Source of the DNA: Candidatus Uhrbacteria bacterium
Lineage (GTDB): Bacteria; Patescibacteriota; Patescibacteriia; JACQRZ01
Length of the DNA: 49,037 bases
Reading direction: 5' to 3'
Assembly (NCBI GenBank): GCA_023246955.1
Contig: JAHFHK010000003.1
Coordinates: 1-49,037, forward strand
Position 1 is the first letter of the stretch, and each line of letters opens with the position of its first letter. The translations under genes and the position numbers were made by a program. Below, piece by piece: positions 17,865 to 27,672 of the stretch. The notes under the pieces are model-generated. The model was given only the letters and a program-made list of their open reading frames with translations. It had not been told where the DNA came from and did not search any database.

Positions 17865-20339
17865 ATGAAAAAGACGAATTCTTGCGCACCATGCGCACAA
17901 GCAAAGAAAAAAGCTTTTGGTCTAGCCCTAATCATGGGAGCGCTTCTGAGCGTCTCCGCATGCACCAAAGAGCTACCGCCGACAACCGCGGCATCAGCAT
18001 CGCCCACGCCCGACCCTAACAAGGTCGAAGTGACGTGCGGAGGAAAGAAAGTCTTTGTTGAAAAAGCGATAGCGCGGTTTGACCCCGTGACTGGTCAGAT
18101 TAACGTTGGGCTCACGTGCTCAAACGAAGCGGATAGCCTCAAAGGCATTATTCCTTCGGTGATCGTTCTGCCTAACGGAAGCACCATCAGTGGCATTGGT
18201 TCAAACAACGCGCCAAACGGAACAGTGATCAACGGGACAGGGATAACGAATCCCTCACCTTCGCCTACAGTAAGCGTATTGCCCAACCTCCTTGCACAAA
18301 ATATTGCCCCGAACCCGGGAACAATATCTTTTGATGGGAGCGTCAAGGTAGGAAATCCTATACCAATAGGGTTCTCGGCCGTTGACCCGAATGGCGATAG
18401 TATGACCTATTCAGTCGACTATGGTGATGGAAAAGGAGTCGTTGAGCAAGCAGGGAATGCTTCTGGAAACAAGTTTTCCCGAAGTATCACCTACGAAAGC
18501 CCAGGAACCAAAACAATCACTGCCTACGCAAAAGATAGTTTTGGCGCGCAAAGCGGTGTCGCAACACGGACGCTAGAAGTGAGCGGTGAATTCCGCCCTG
18601 CAGACATCCTGAATGTCCGCCTCACGAACCAGAACACGAGTGTTCTCATCGAGTGGGACGCGGCACAGTATGCCGCCTTCTATCGCATCGAGCGAAAGGA
18701 AGACGCCACACAGATCGTCAAGCTATTTGACGCGACAACGAATGTCTTCACTGACACCGATGTTCAACCCGGGCTCAAGTACATCTACACGGTAACCGGT
18801 GTAAATAAGTTCGGTGATCGTGGTCCGGGTCTTCAGAAAAGCGTCACTACCGGTGATCTTCCGATGATGACGGGGGTACAAGTGTACCTCGCTGATGCAG
18901 GAAAAGTGACGACGGCATGGGCGCGCGCAGGGAATATTGCAGGAGTTCGTATTTTCAAATACGACAAGACCAACAATACTACCGAACAGATAGACATCAC
19001 AGACCCTACGGTGAGTTCATATACATTTTCTGCCGAATCCATTCGGACGAACATTAATTACGAATTCAACATCGTGGCGCGAAACACGAGAGGGGATTTA
19101 GGAGCACCTCTCGGTGCAAATATTCCTCTGAATCGTGGCGCACCCCCTGCGATCCTCATCGATACAGCGGTACTCTCCGCCAACGAAGCAGGATATACAG
19201 GAGCGGTTCGTGTGTTGTATCCACCCAACCCTATCGTTGCATTCGCCATTGCAGTGTATCGTCTCTTTAGGCTTGATGACATTAACAAGTCCTCGAACTG
19301 GAAGCAGGTCATACAGTATGACAAGTACCCAACACAAAACTACGACGACACGACGATAGATAAGTCGAATCAGGCCTACTATTACTTCGTGCAGACATGC
19401 ACGACGGATGGGTTCTGCACATCACTGCCGAACACCACCAATCCAGCAACCCTGGAAGCGATAGCAGGAGTGAAGAAGGCGATATCGGGACCGATAAAGT
19501 TATTCCCGGGCATGGCTTCGGTAGATAGCGTAACGGGGATAGACCGTACGACCGTAGAGCTCACTATCGGTACCGTAACCGATGGAGAAACCTACGACAT
19601 ACTGTACAAACCGGCGGTCAATCAAAGCGAAGATAACTATATGTTGCTCCTTGCTCGAGTTGCACCGCCAGGTGATCTCCCGACGCCAGGCCGCTTCAAA
19701 GTTCAGGCGACAGTACAAACGGGAGTATATAGGTTCAAAGTCCAGGCAAACAACAAGCGTGGTCCTGGGCCTCTATCGAACTCAACCCTCGGTGCGACCG
19801 TCTGTGGCGATCCAGCCCAGGCACAAGCGCAAGGGTGTGTAGCGCCAGCCCCCGTGGTGACGCCTACGCCGGTGATAACACCGAACCCCGTAGTAACACC
19901 AACACCGGTGACGACGCCCTTTCCTGTCCAGACATTGCCTCCGGTTTCCAACCGCGCAATAACGGCATCGGGCGGAAACCTCCGGTTTTCATTGGGATTC
20001 CAAGGAACGGTGGTCGGAGATAATTTTGGTGCATTACCTGGCGAAACAATCGACCTGGGACAGGTAACCTCTATTGTCTACGGCAATAACCGTACCGGAT
20101 GGTTCCCGACTTCACCCAATCCGATTCGCTGTAATGCGATCTTCGGAGCAACTACAGAAATCAGCTGTAGCGGGGTGAGGGCAGGGGATCAAGGAAACCT
20201 ACGGTTCCAGTACGCCAATGGGACAGTGAAGTGGTTCGACATTCGTGACTTTGAAGTATTCACTTCTCTGTCGGGGGTGACAATCACCACCGATCCCGCA
20301 GACAGCGCAAAGCGTCAGCTGCGCGCAGATGTAAATTAG
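17865..20339 (+). CDS. Large surface lipoprotein with PKD-like and multiple fibronectin-III-like domains
   Basis: Lipobox LLSVSAC, PKD-like DYGDGKG...YESPGTKTITAYAKDSFG, FN3-like repeats (WDAAQYAAFYRIERKED...GLKYIYTVTGVNKFGDRGP), and linker PVVTPTPVITPNPVVTPTPVTTP. Confidence 0.75.
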   Translation: MKKTNSCAPCAQAKKKAFGLALIMGALLSVSACTKELPPTTAASASPTPDPNKVEVTCGGKKVFVEKAIARFDPVTGQINVGLTCSNEADSLKGIIPSVIVLPNGSTISGIGSNNAPNGTVINGTGITNPSPSPTVSVLPNLLAQNIAPNPGTISFDGSVKVGNPIPIGFSAVDPNGDSMTYSVDYGDGKGVVEQAGNASGNKFSRSITYESPGTKTITAYAKDSFGAQSGVATRTLEVSGEFRPADILNVRLTNQNTSVLIEWDAAQYAAFYRIERKEDATQIVKLFDATTNVFTDTDVQPGLKYIYTVTGVNKFGDRGPGLQKSVTTGDLPMMTGVQVYLADAGKVTTAWARAGNIAGVRIFKYDKTNNTTEQIDITDPTVSSYTFSAESIRTNINYEFNIVARNTRGDLGAPLGANIPLNRGAPPAILIDTAVLSANEAGYTGAVRVLYPPNPIVAFAIAVYRLFRLDDINKSSNWKQVIQYDKYPTQNYDDTTIDKSNQAYYYFVQTCTTDGFCTSLPNTTNPATLEAIAGVKKAISGPIKLFPGMASVDSVTGIDRTTVELTIGTVTDGETYDILYKPAVNQSEDNYMLLLARVAPPGDLPTPGRFKVQATVQTGVYRFKVQANNKRGPGPLSNSTLGATVCGDPAQAQAQGCVAPAPVVTPTPVITPNPVVTPTPVTTPFPVQTLPPVSNRAITASGGNLRFSLGFQGTVVGDNFGALPGETIDLGQVTSIVYGNNRTGWFPTSPNPIRCNAIFGATTEISCSGVRAGDQGNLRFQYANGTVKWFDIRDFEVFTSLSGVTITTDPADSAKRQLRADVN

Positions 20340-20354
20340 CAGAGCAATTCTGCA

Positions 20355-20397
20355 AAGACCCTTTATATCACACATGTGGTATGGGGGTCTTTTTTTA
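20355..20397 (+). terminator. Rho-independent terminator
   Basis: Stem AGACCC...GGGTCT followed by TTTTTTT. It lies inside the 5' end of track ORF 20381, which argues for the later start. Confidence 0.65.
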
Positions 20398-20473
20398 TAT
20401 ACTCAGTGAGAAGGGGATAGCCTCCAGGAATCGTGCGGAGAGAGCGTCTATATGTTATAATTTCAAAGATTAT

Positions 20474-21730
20474 ATGGCATCAACTACCTCTATAAAAAAA
20501 TCACCATCAGATCGCCTTGCTTCATGGATTATGGAGCAATGGTGGAAGGTGCTCGTATGTATTCCCGTGACCGCTTTATTGGGTCCTATTGCATCGCTAC
20601 CGCTCTTAGGGCGACAGTATGAGATAACGGTGCCAGAAATCATCATAGGCACCTCTATAGTGCTCTCAGTGTGTCTGTGGGTTTCGCGCCAGCGTCCACG
20701 GGGGTTTCGCGCCACTCCCATCGGTGGCGCGCTGCTCGTCATCCTGGGGTGGATGCTGCTATCGGGTGCCTGGGTTGAGAGTCTTGATAAGTACGCCATT
20801 GCCCTTAGGGTGGTAATATATCAGATGGCAACCTTCTTCCTCATGCTGAATTTTTTCCGTACATCACGGCAGATACGTGCGGGGCTGTGGTCGGTAGCGC
20901 TCCTGGGAGTGGGTGCCGCTGCTATGACAATTTTAACGATCATTGACATTCCGTTTCGGCAGCTATTTACGGCGAATAGGGCATTGATAGTCATGCCTAT
21001 GGGAGCGCTCTCCTATGTAGCAGCCATGATTGCCATGTTCATCCCGCTTCTTCTTTTTCTTACAACAATCGAAAAAAAGCCCATAGCGACATGGCTGCTC
21101 CGGAGTTTCTATACTCTTGCACTCGTGGCACTCCTCTACGCGGCAGGAAAGGCCGCCATTCTCTCGACCATAATCGGGCTAGGGGTATTCCTTATCTTCA
21201 ACAAAAAGCAACGCTTTCCGGCGCTAGTAGCGACCTTCTTCGCGGTGTGTATATTCATCGCCCTGGCAGATAGGGAAGTGGCAACGCATACCTTTGAGCG
21301 GTTTCAAGACATAGCGATCGACGCAAGTACATCATTTCGTACTCTGGAGCTTGGTGCTGCCCGACAGATTTTTATGAGCCATTGGCTCATCGGAACGGGG
21401 GCGGGGAATCTCAAGATAGCCTACAAAGCGATAACCGGCTTCTATGAAGGAGAGGCGAATAATATTATTGTTCAGTTTGGAGCTGAGCTTGGCATCATCG
21501 GTTTGGGACTATTTTCGCTACTCATAGCGCAGGGGATACGCTGGTTCCGATCTCTCGTAGATCAGGGGGGCGAAAAGCGCATGCTCGTGTTTGGTATGCT
21601 CCCTTTCTTTGTAACCGTAGCTATCAACGCAATGTTCGAGGTGACGATCGTAGGGCTTCTTTACGGAATATTTTTTTGGTATATCCTGGCTCTTTTTTAT
21701 CGCTATGCTGAAATCGAAGAAAAAATCTAA
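20474..21730 (+). CDS. O-antigen ligase/polymerase-like (Wzy_C-type) polytopic membrane protein
   Basis: About 10 TM helices with a central loop of the O-antigen ligase type. The start is placed after the terminator. Context is glycosyltransferases. Confidence 0.65.
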   Translation: MASTTSIKKSPSDRLASWIMEQWWKVLVCIPVTALLGPIASLPLLGRQYEITVPEIIIGTSIVLSVCLWVSRQRPRGFRATPIGGALLVILGWMLLSGAWVESLDKYAIALRVVIYQMATFFLMLNFFRTSRQIRAGLWSVALLGVGAAAMTILTIIDIPFRQLFTANRALIVMPMGALSYVAAMIAMFIPLLLFLTTIEKKPIATWLLRSFYTLALVALLYAAGKAAILSTIIGLGVFLIFNKKQRFPALVATFFAVCIFIALADREVATHTFERFQDIAIDASTSFRTLELGAARQIFMSHWLIGTGAGNLKIAYKAITGFYEGEANNIIVQFGAELGIIGLGLFSLLIAQGIRWFRSLVDQGGEKRMLVFGMLPFFVTVAINAMFEVTIVGLLYGIFFWYILALFYRYAEIEEKI

Positions 21731-22682
21731 GCAGGCTTTTTTGGTCAGAAAGAATAGCCAAAAAAATTCTTCGGGCAAGGGGCTGATTTCGTGTGTCATC
21801 GTAACGTATAATAGCGCACAATACATTCAAAAATGTCTCCGCTCATTAGCGCGTGCTTTAAAAAATATTCCCCATGAAATTATTCTCGTCGATAATGCCT
21901 CGACAGATGGGACACTGTTGATTCTAAAAGAATACAAGAAGGAATACGTCATAATCACAAGCCCAGACAATAGAGGTTTTTCCGGAGGGGTCAATCGAGG
22001 ACTCATGTATGCAAAGGGAGAATATATATGGCTGGTGAATCCCGACACTGAAGTGAGCGCAAAATCAGCAAAGGTTCTAAGCGAGTATCTACGCAATCAC
22101 GATAACGTCGGAATCGTAGGAGCGCAGATGACTCATTCGGGCGGGAAACTGCAGGCAAGCTTTGGAAACTTCCCTTCGTTCTTCAAAGAGTGGATGCAGA
22201 TTCTTCAGGGGTACAAACTATTTCCATGGGGGAGGGTAGTAATGCCAGGACTCTTCACGATGAATTCTTTTGGGCGATCACATGGCGTGGATTGGGTGAG
22301 TGGGGGGTGTCTGATGATGCGTCGAGAAGTACTGGAATCGCTAGGGGGACTCGATGAAACGTACTTCATGTATCTCGAGGACGTAGACTTTTGCAAACAG
22401 GCACAAATAGCAGGATTTGAAACGGCATATGTGAGCGATGCGCATGTCATGCACCATCATCGCAAGTCATTTCAGGGAAAGCTCATCCTCGCAAATATCT
22501 ACGAAGCAGCGAGCACTATCGAATTCTGGAAGAAGTGGTCAACCGGACCCCGTTGGCAGCTTCTCGCACTGCGTGCTGCACTGCGTATAAAATTTTTACT
22601 CAAGCTAGGAATATCCCTGGCACTCTCGGATGAATATCGGGACAAGAGGGGTGAGTATGTAAGGGCAATCATGAAGATATGA
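21705..22682 (+). CDS. Family 2 glycosyltransferase
   Basis: SCVIVTYNSAQYI...LVDNASTDGT...GFSGGVNRG...NPDT...YLEDVDFC (GT2, rhamnosyltransferase-like pattern). Confidence 0.85.
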   Translation: MLKSKKKSKQAFLVRKNSQKNSSGKGLISCVIVTYNSAQYIQKCLRSLARALKNIPHEIILVDNASTDGTLLILKEYKKEYVIITSPDNRGFSGGVNRGLMYAKGEYIWLVNPDTEVSAKSAKVLSEYLRNHDNVGIVGAQMTHSGGKLQASFGNFPSFFKEWMQILQGYKLFPWGRVVMPGLFTMNSFGRSHGVDWVSGGCLMMRREVLESLGGLDETYFMYLEDVDFCKQAQIAGFETAYVSDAHVMHHHRKSFQGKLILANIYEAASTIEFWKKWSTGPRWQLLALRAALRIKFLLKLGISLALSDEYRDKRGEYVRAIMKI

Positions 22683-23911
22683 AAATAGTCATTGCAAATA
22701 AATTCTATCACCCGCAGGGGGGTGCAGACACACACGTGCTTGCCTTGCGTGATCTTTTGCTATCAGGAGGGCATGAGGTCATTCCCTTTGCTATGGATGA
22801 TCCAAAAAACGAGAAGACGCCCTGGAGTAAGTACTTCGTGAGCGCTATTGATTTTGGGAAGAAGGATCGTTCACTCTCCGAACAGTGGAGTATCGTAAAA
22901 CGGACGATCTATTCACGAGAAGCAAAGAAGAAATTCGGCGCACTTCTCGATACGGCAAAACCTGACATCGTACACATTCATAATATTTACCATCAAATAT
23001 CGCCCTCTATACTCGATGCTGCCCGAGAGAGAGGAGTCCCCGTCATAGGCACCATTCACGACTACAATCTCATCTGCCCGAACTACAAGCTCTTTGCTCG
23101 CGGATATATTGAATCCTATTGCAAAGGAGGACGATACTATCGGGAGGCGCTGTATAAAACCGTACAAGACTCATATCCTGCGAGCATTCTTGCCGCCACA
23201 GAACACTATTTCCATGATTGGTCGGGGATATACCGAAAAGGAGTGAGACACTGGATAGCCCCCTCTCGCTTTGTAAAAAAGAAATTCACCGAATACGGTA
23301 TGCCATCTGAGAGCATGTCGGTTCTCTACCACTTTCTTTCCGACACCAATACGAAGCCCACGTATAAGCCAGGAGCCGCATACGTATACGCAGGGAGGCT
23401 ATCAGAGGAAAAGGGCATAGGAGGACTCCTGGAGGCCATAGCACTCGTGCCCAAAGCTGAGCTTAGTATCGTAGGGGATGGTCCTCTACGAAATGAACTG
23501 CAACGACAAGTTGAGAAGCTCGATATTGGCAGTCGCGTGTCCTTCAAAGGGCATGTAGATGGTGATACGCTCAAAGAGATTATACGCACCGCGCGGGCGG
23601 TAATAGTGCCCTCGGTATGGTATGAGATATTTGGCCTCGCAGCAACGGAAGGGTGGGCGCTTGGCAAGGCAGTTATCGCAAGTCGAATAGGTGCCCTTGA
23701 GGAGCTAGGAGACAGGGTGTCGCCCGAACTCTTATTCCCTCCAGGAGATACAAAAAGCCTCGCAAAACTGCTCCAAAAAGGCCTATCCGACCCAGGGAGT
23801 CTTGAGGCGGCAGGGCGGAAAGGGCGGGAATTCACTGAACAAAATTGTGATTCAGGCATCTATATCGAGAGTCTTGTGCAGCTCTATACTAAGGTTATAG
23901 CCAAGAAATAG
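22679..23911 (+). CDS. Family 4 (GT-B) glycosyltransferase
   Basis: ATGA start/stop overlap with the upstream gene. GGADTHV N-terminus and C-terminal PSVWYEIFGLAATEGWALGKAVIAS (E-x7-E-like). Confidence 0.85.
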   Translation: MKIVIANKFYHPQGGADTHVLALRDLLLSGGHEVIPFAMDDPKNEKTPWSKYFVSAIDFGKKDRSLSEQWSIVKRTIYSREAKKKFGALLDTAKPDIVHIHNIYHQISPSILDAARERGVPVIGTIHDYNLICPNYKLFARGYIESYCKGGRYYREALYKTVQDSYPASILAATEHYFHDWSGIYRKGVRHWIAPSRFVKKKFTEYGMPSESMSVLYHFLSDTNTKPTYKPGAAYVYAGRLSEEKGIGGLLEAIALVPKAELSIVGDGPLRNELQRQVEKLDIGSRVSFKGHVDGDTLKEIIRTARAVIVPSVWYEIFGLAATEGWALGKAVIASRIGALEELGDRVSPELLFPPGDTKSLAKLLQKGLSDPGSLEAAGRKGREFTEQNCDSGIYIESLVQLYTKVIAKK

Positions 23912-24214
23912 GGGCCAGGAGCTCTGTATAGAGCCCAAGACAGGGGTGTAGAGAGACGCCAATTAAGGCGAAGTTAGAGAATAATCCTTTTAAATATAAT
24001 AAAAAACAGTACCGAGCGCTGCTCGGTACTGAAAGGTCGACGGGAAAAGCCTCTAAGTGTTTATAACACCATATAGAAGGCTTTTTATATTTATATTTGT
24101 TTTTTGAAAGACCCGACTCGTCTTCCATACATGTATACTATCATGATTCAGGGTTTTAATCAAGGGGATAACTAGAGTACATTTTGTATACACCAGCCGT
24201 TTTTCCTTTTAAGC

Positions 24215-24243
24215 TTGACAAAAACGCCCCCTTGTGATAAGGT
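24215..24243 (+). promoter_or_regulatory. Sigma-70-type promoter (TTGACA-N17-TAAGGT, or N16-GATAAG with TGT)
   Basis: The TTG start of track ORF 24215 is itself the -35 hexamer. The real start is ATG 24281. Confidence 0.5.
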
Positions 24244-24280
24244 CGCCGCAAATCAATATCAACGGCAAAAGCCTATATTT

Positions 24281-25390
24281 ATGCGTATTGCAATGATCGG
24301 ACAAAAGGGGATTCCAGCCCGTTCTGGTGGTGTAGAGCGCCACGTAGAAGAGCTGGCAACACGACTCGCGGCATCTGGCCATGAGGTCTTTGTCTATTGC
24401 CGCAAACAGTACGGGAAAGAGGCAAAGAACCCGGAAGCGTACAAAGGGGTACGATTGGTCTATGTGCCGACGATTCAAACGAAACATCTTGATGCAATAG
24501 TAGGAACCTTCCTTGCATCGATTCATGCTTTGTTTATGGGGATAGATATATTCCACTATCATGCAATTGGTCCCTCTCTATTCACCTGGATTCCTCGTAT
24601 AGGACGTCCTCGAGCAAAGGTGATTGCGACCTTCCACTGTCAGGACTACTACCACAAGAAATGGGGAGTATTCGCACGCTTTGTGTTGCGTCTCGGAGAA
24701 CGTGCAGCGTGTGCGTTCCCTCATGAGACGATTGTGGTGTCAAAGACGCTACAGAAGTATGTACAAAAGACGTATCGTCGCGAATCGTTGTACATCCCGA
24801 ACGGAGTAACCATCCCCGCAAAACAGTCAACAGGGGCGTTAGCGCAATGGGGCCTCATGCCAGGGAAGTACGTCCTCTCCGTATCTCGTCTCGTGAAGCA
24901 CAAAGGTATTCACTACCTCATCGATGCATTTCGGAAAGTGAAAGCAACCCTCCCCGCAGGCATGAAGCTCGTGATCGTGGGCGGCTCCTCATATACCGAC
25001 GAGTACGTGGCAGCACTCCACACCCTTGCAAACACTGATCCAGATATTCTGTTCTTAGGAGAGCAGAGTGGCGCACCACTCGCACAGCTTTATGCGCATG
25101 CAGGACTCTTTGTGCAGCCCTCTGAAGGTGAAGGACTTTCAGTAGCACTCCTTGAGGCAATGTCGTATGGCATCCCCGTGCTGGTGTCGAGTATTCCTCA
25201 AAACACCGAGGTGCTTCCCGATAAGACATGGCAGTTCCGTAACAAGAGCGTTCCTGATCTCGGGCGGAAAATTGATGGAGCATTCAAAAAGGACGTCGGC
25301 AAGGCGGGTCAGCAAAATAGGAAACATGTTACAGAAAACTATAATTTTGACCACTTAATTACCGAAGCGCTCAAAGTATATAGTATATAA
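24281..25390 (+). CDS. Family 4 (GT-B) glycosyltransferase
   Basis: MRIAMIGQKGIPARSGGVERHVEEL and PSEGEGLSVALLEAMSYGIPVLVS. Confidence 0.85.
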   Translation: MRIAMIGQKGIPARSGGVERHVEELATRLAASGHEVFVYCRKQYGKEAKNPEAYKGVRLVYVPTIQTKHLDAIVGTFLASIHALFMGIDIFHYHAIGPSLFTWIPRIGRPRAKVIATFHCQDYYHKKWGVFARFVLRLGERAACAFPHETIVVSKTLQKYVQKTYRRESLYIPNGVTIPAKQSTGALAQWGLMPGKYVLSVSRLVKHKGIHYLIDAFRKVKATLPAGMKLVIVGGSSYTDEYVAALHTLANTDPDILFLGEQSGAPLAQLYAHAGLFVQPSEGEGLSVALLEAMSYGIPVLVSSIPQNTEVLPDKTWQFRNKSVPDLGRKIDGAFKKDVGKAGQQNRKHVTENYNFDHLITEALKVYSI

Positions 25391-25391
25391 A

Positions 25392-25420
25392 ATATCTCTC
25401 GAAAGAGGGATATTTTTCTT
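25392..25420 (+). terminator. Rho-independent terminator
   Basis: Stem ATATCTCTC/GAGGGATAT followed by TTTTTCTTTT. Confidence 0.6.
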
Positions 25421-25565
25421 TTCAACTAGACAGCGATACTTCTTTCGGTTACACTATAAGTCGAATTTGAATATTGTATTCTTGTTTTGTATGCCGCTTT
25501 TTGTACTCTTCTGTATCACGGTTCTCAGTTTTGGGTTATTTTTGCTCTCGATAGCGATATGGTCA

Positions 25566-27644
25566 ATGCGGACACGCATTCGCCTTGCACTGGCCTCTCT
25601 GGTCTTATTCGCACTTCTCTGTGGATCATACGGGAGTCTTGAGGCGTATAGCCCTAATAAAGGCGGCATCGAAAGTGCTCTTCATAAGATTTCCTTCCTA
25701 AAGGGGGTATCTCTCCCCGACATCAACGTCTGGAAGTGGATCCCACCCCAGTTTCATCTTGGTCTTGATATCCGGGGAGGTACGCATCTCGTCTATGACG
25801 CAGATGTTTCAAAATATGCCCCAGAGGAAAAGGCATCAGGTATCGAGGGTCTTCGTGATGTCATTGAACGTCGCGTGAATGCGTTTGGCGTAGCCGAACC
25901 AGTAATTCAAGCAGTAAAATCAGGAGATGGGTACCGGGTGATTGTAGAACTCGCAGGAATTAGTGACGTAAACCAGGCGATCAAGATGATCGGCGATACC
26001 ACGCTGCTCGAGTTCAAGGAACAGGCAAATCAGGCAACAAAGAAAGAGCTGACCGAAGACCAAAAGAAAGAAATGAAAGAATACAATGACGCAGCAAGCC
26101 GAAGGGCAGCGGAATTGATGAAGCAAGCGCAGGCACCAGGAGCGGATTTTGCAGCACTGGCGAAAGAGCGTTCAGAAGACGTGAATACAAAGGATAAGGG
26201 AGGAGACTTAGGATTTATCTCTAAAGACGGAGCATACAGCTTCCTCGAGAGCCCTATCTCTAAAATTCCGAAAGGTACCATTGGCAAAGAGCTTTTGAAT
26301 GGTCCCGACGGTATCAGCATAGTCAAAGTAGATGATATCCGTACTACTGAGCAGGAAGTAAAGGCACGCCACCTTTTGATTTGTTACAAAGGCGCAAAGA
26401 GCTGTGACAAGGATACTTCCAAAGAAGACGCACGTAAAAAGATCGAAGAAATTGCAAAGCAGGCAAACCCACAGAACTTTGAGGAACTGGTAAAGAAGAA
26501 CTCAACAGAGCCCGGCGCAGCAGAACGAGGGGGGGATCTGGGATGGTTTGCAAAGGGAATGATGGTAAAACAATTCGAAGATGCAGTGTTTTCGATGAAA
26601 AAAGGAACGATATCAGGAATAATAGAAACAGACTTTGGATTCCATCTCATCTACCGTGAAGACGAACGACCACTTACTGAATACAAAGTTGCCCGTATCC
26701 TCGTCAAAACTAAGACCGATCAGGACTATCTCTCACAAGATGGATGGCAAGACACAGGGCTGACCGGAAAGCAGCTGAAGAAAGCGTATGTAGAGACGAA
26801 TCAGACCACAGGTGCATATGAGGTAGGTATTGAATTTAACGATGAAGGCAAGAAGCTCTTCGGAGAGATTACGCAGAGAAATGTCGGAAAGCCAGTAGGA
26901 ATTTTTCTCGATACACAGCCGATAAGTACTCCGAATGTCAATACGCCGATCCTGGACGGTCGTGCAGTAATTCAGGGCGATTTCAGCTCTTTGGAAGCAA
27001 AGCAACTCGCGCAACGCCTCAACGCAGGGGCATTACCCGTTCCGGTAACACTCATCAGTCAACAGACCGTAGGGGCATCACTGGGCGAGGTATCGCTCCA
27101 TAAGAGTCTCTTCGCGGGGCTCATTGGATTCTTCTTCGTGGCTCTCTTCATGATCCTGTATTACCGTCTCGCAGGGCTCCTTGCAATAATTGCATTGGCC
27201 ATGTACACCACCTTTTCGATGGCGCTCTTCAAGTTCGGTATCCCCTTCATCGGTCCCGTGACGATGAGCCTCTCCGGTATAGCGGGATTCATCTTGTCGA
27301 TCGGTATGGCCGTGGACGCGAACGTGCTCATTTTTGAGCGAATGAAAGAAGAGCTGCGCGGAGGAAAGCAGCTCGAGATTGCGATCCGCGACGGATACAA
27401 GCGTGCATGGACATCGATCCGTGACAGCAATGTTTCTTCACTGATCACCTGTCTTATCCTCTTTAGCTTCTCCACCAGCCTCATCAAAGGATTCGCACTC
27501 ACGCTTGCGGCAGGTATCCTCGTGAGTATGTTCACCGCACTGACGGTGACAAAGCTTCTCTTGCGCCTCGTCGCAGGATGGAAGCTCTCGCAGAACACCT
27601 GGTTGTTCGGTGCATCTAACAAAAAAGACGGTAGCGCCGTATAA
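25566..27644 (+). CDS. secD: Protein-export membrane protein SecD carrying an inserted parvulin-type PPIase module
   Basis: SecD motifs LGLDIRGG, VIVELAGI, and the C-terminal six-TM block with GIAGFILSIGMAVDANVLIFER. The insert has GGDLGF.../GGDLGWFAKGMMVKQFEDAVF...DFGFHLI. The start is uncertain (TTG 25467, ATG 25491 or ATG 25566). Confidence 0.88.
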   Translation: MRTRIRLALASLVLFALLCGSYGSLEAYSPNKGGIESALHKISFLKGVSLPDINVWKWIPPQFHLGLDIRGGTHLVYDADVSKYAPEEKASGIEGLRDVIERRVNAFGVAEPVIQAVKSGDGYRVIVELAGISDVNQAIKMIGDTTLLEFKEQANQATKKELTEDQKKEMKEYNDAASRRAAELMKQAQAPGADFAALAKERSEDVNTKDKGGDLGFISKDGAYSFLESPISKIPKGTIGKELLNGPDGISIVKVDDIRTTEQEVKARHLLICYKGAKSCDKDTSKEDARKKIEEIAKQANPQNFEELVKKNSTEPGAAERGGDLGWFAKGMMVKQFEDAVFSMKKGTISGIIETDFGFHLIYREDERPLTEYKVARILVKTKTDQDYLSQDGWQDTGLTGKQLKKAYVETNQTTGAYEVGIEFNDEGKKLFGEITQRNVGKPVGIFLDTQPISTPNVNTPILDGRAVIQGDFSSLEAKQLAQRLNAGALPVPVTLISQQTVGASLGEVSLHKSLFAGLIGFFFVALFMILYYRLAGLLAIIALAMYTTFSMALFKFGIPFIGPVTMSLSGIAGFILSIGMAVDANVLIFERMKEELRGGKQLEIAIRDGYKRAWTSIRDSNVSSLITCLILFSFSTSLIKGFALTLAAGILVSMFTALTVTKLLLRLVAGWKLSQNTWLFGASNKKDGSAV

Positions 27645-27672
27645 TTTCTCTCGATAATCGATATTTGATGAT

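Noticed and set aside
23912-24214. 300-nt intergenic region checked for a tRNA, small RNA or hidden gene
   Set aside because: Only two hairpins (CAGTACCGAGC/GCTCGGTACTG and an AAGCCT.../...AGGCTTTTT terminator-like stem) and the downstream promoter were seen. There is no cloverleaf-compatible sequence or T-loop GTTCRA motif and no ORF with an RBS.
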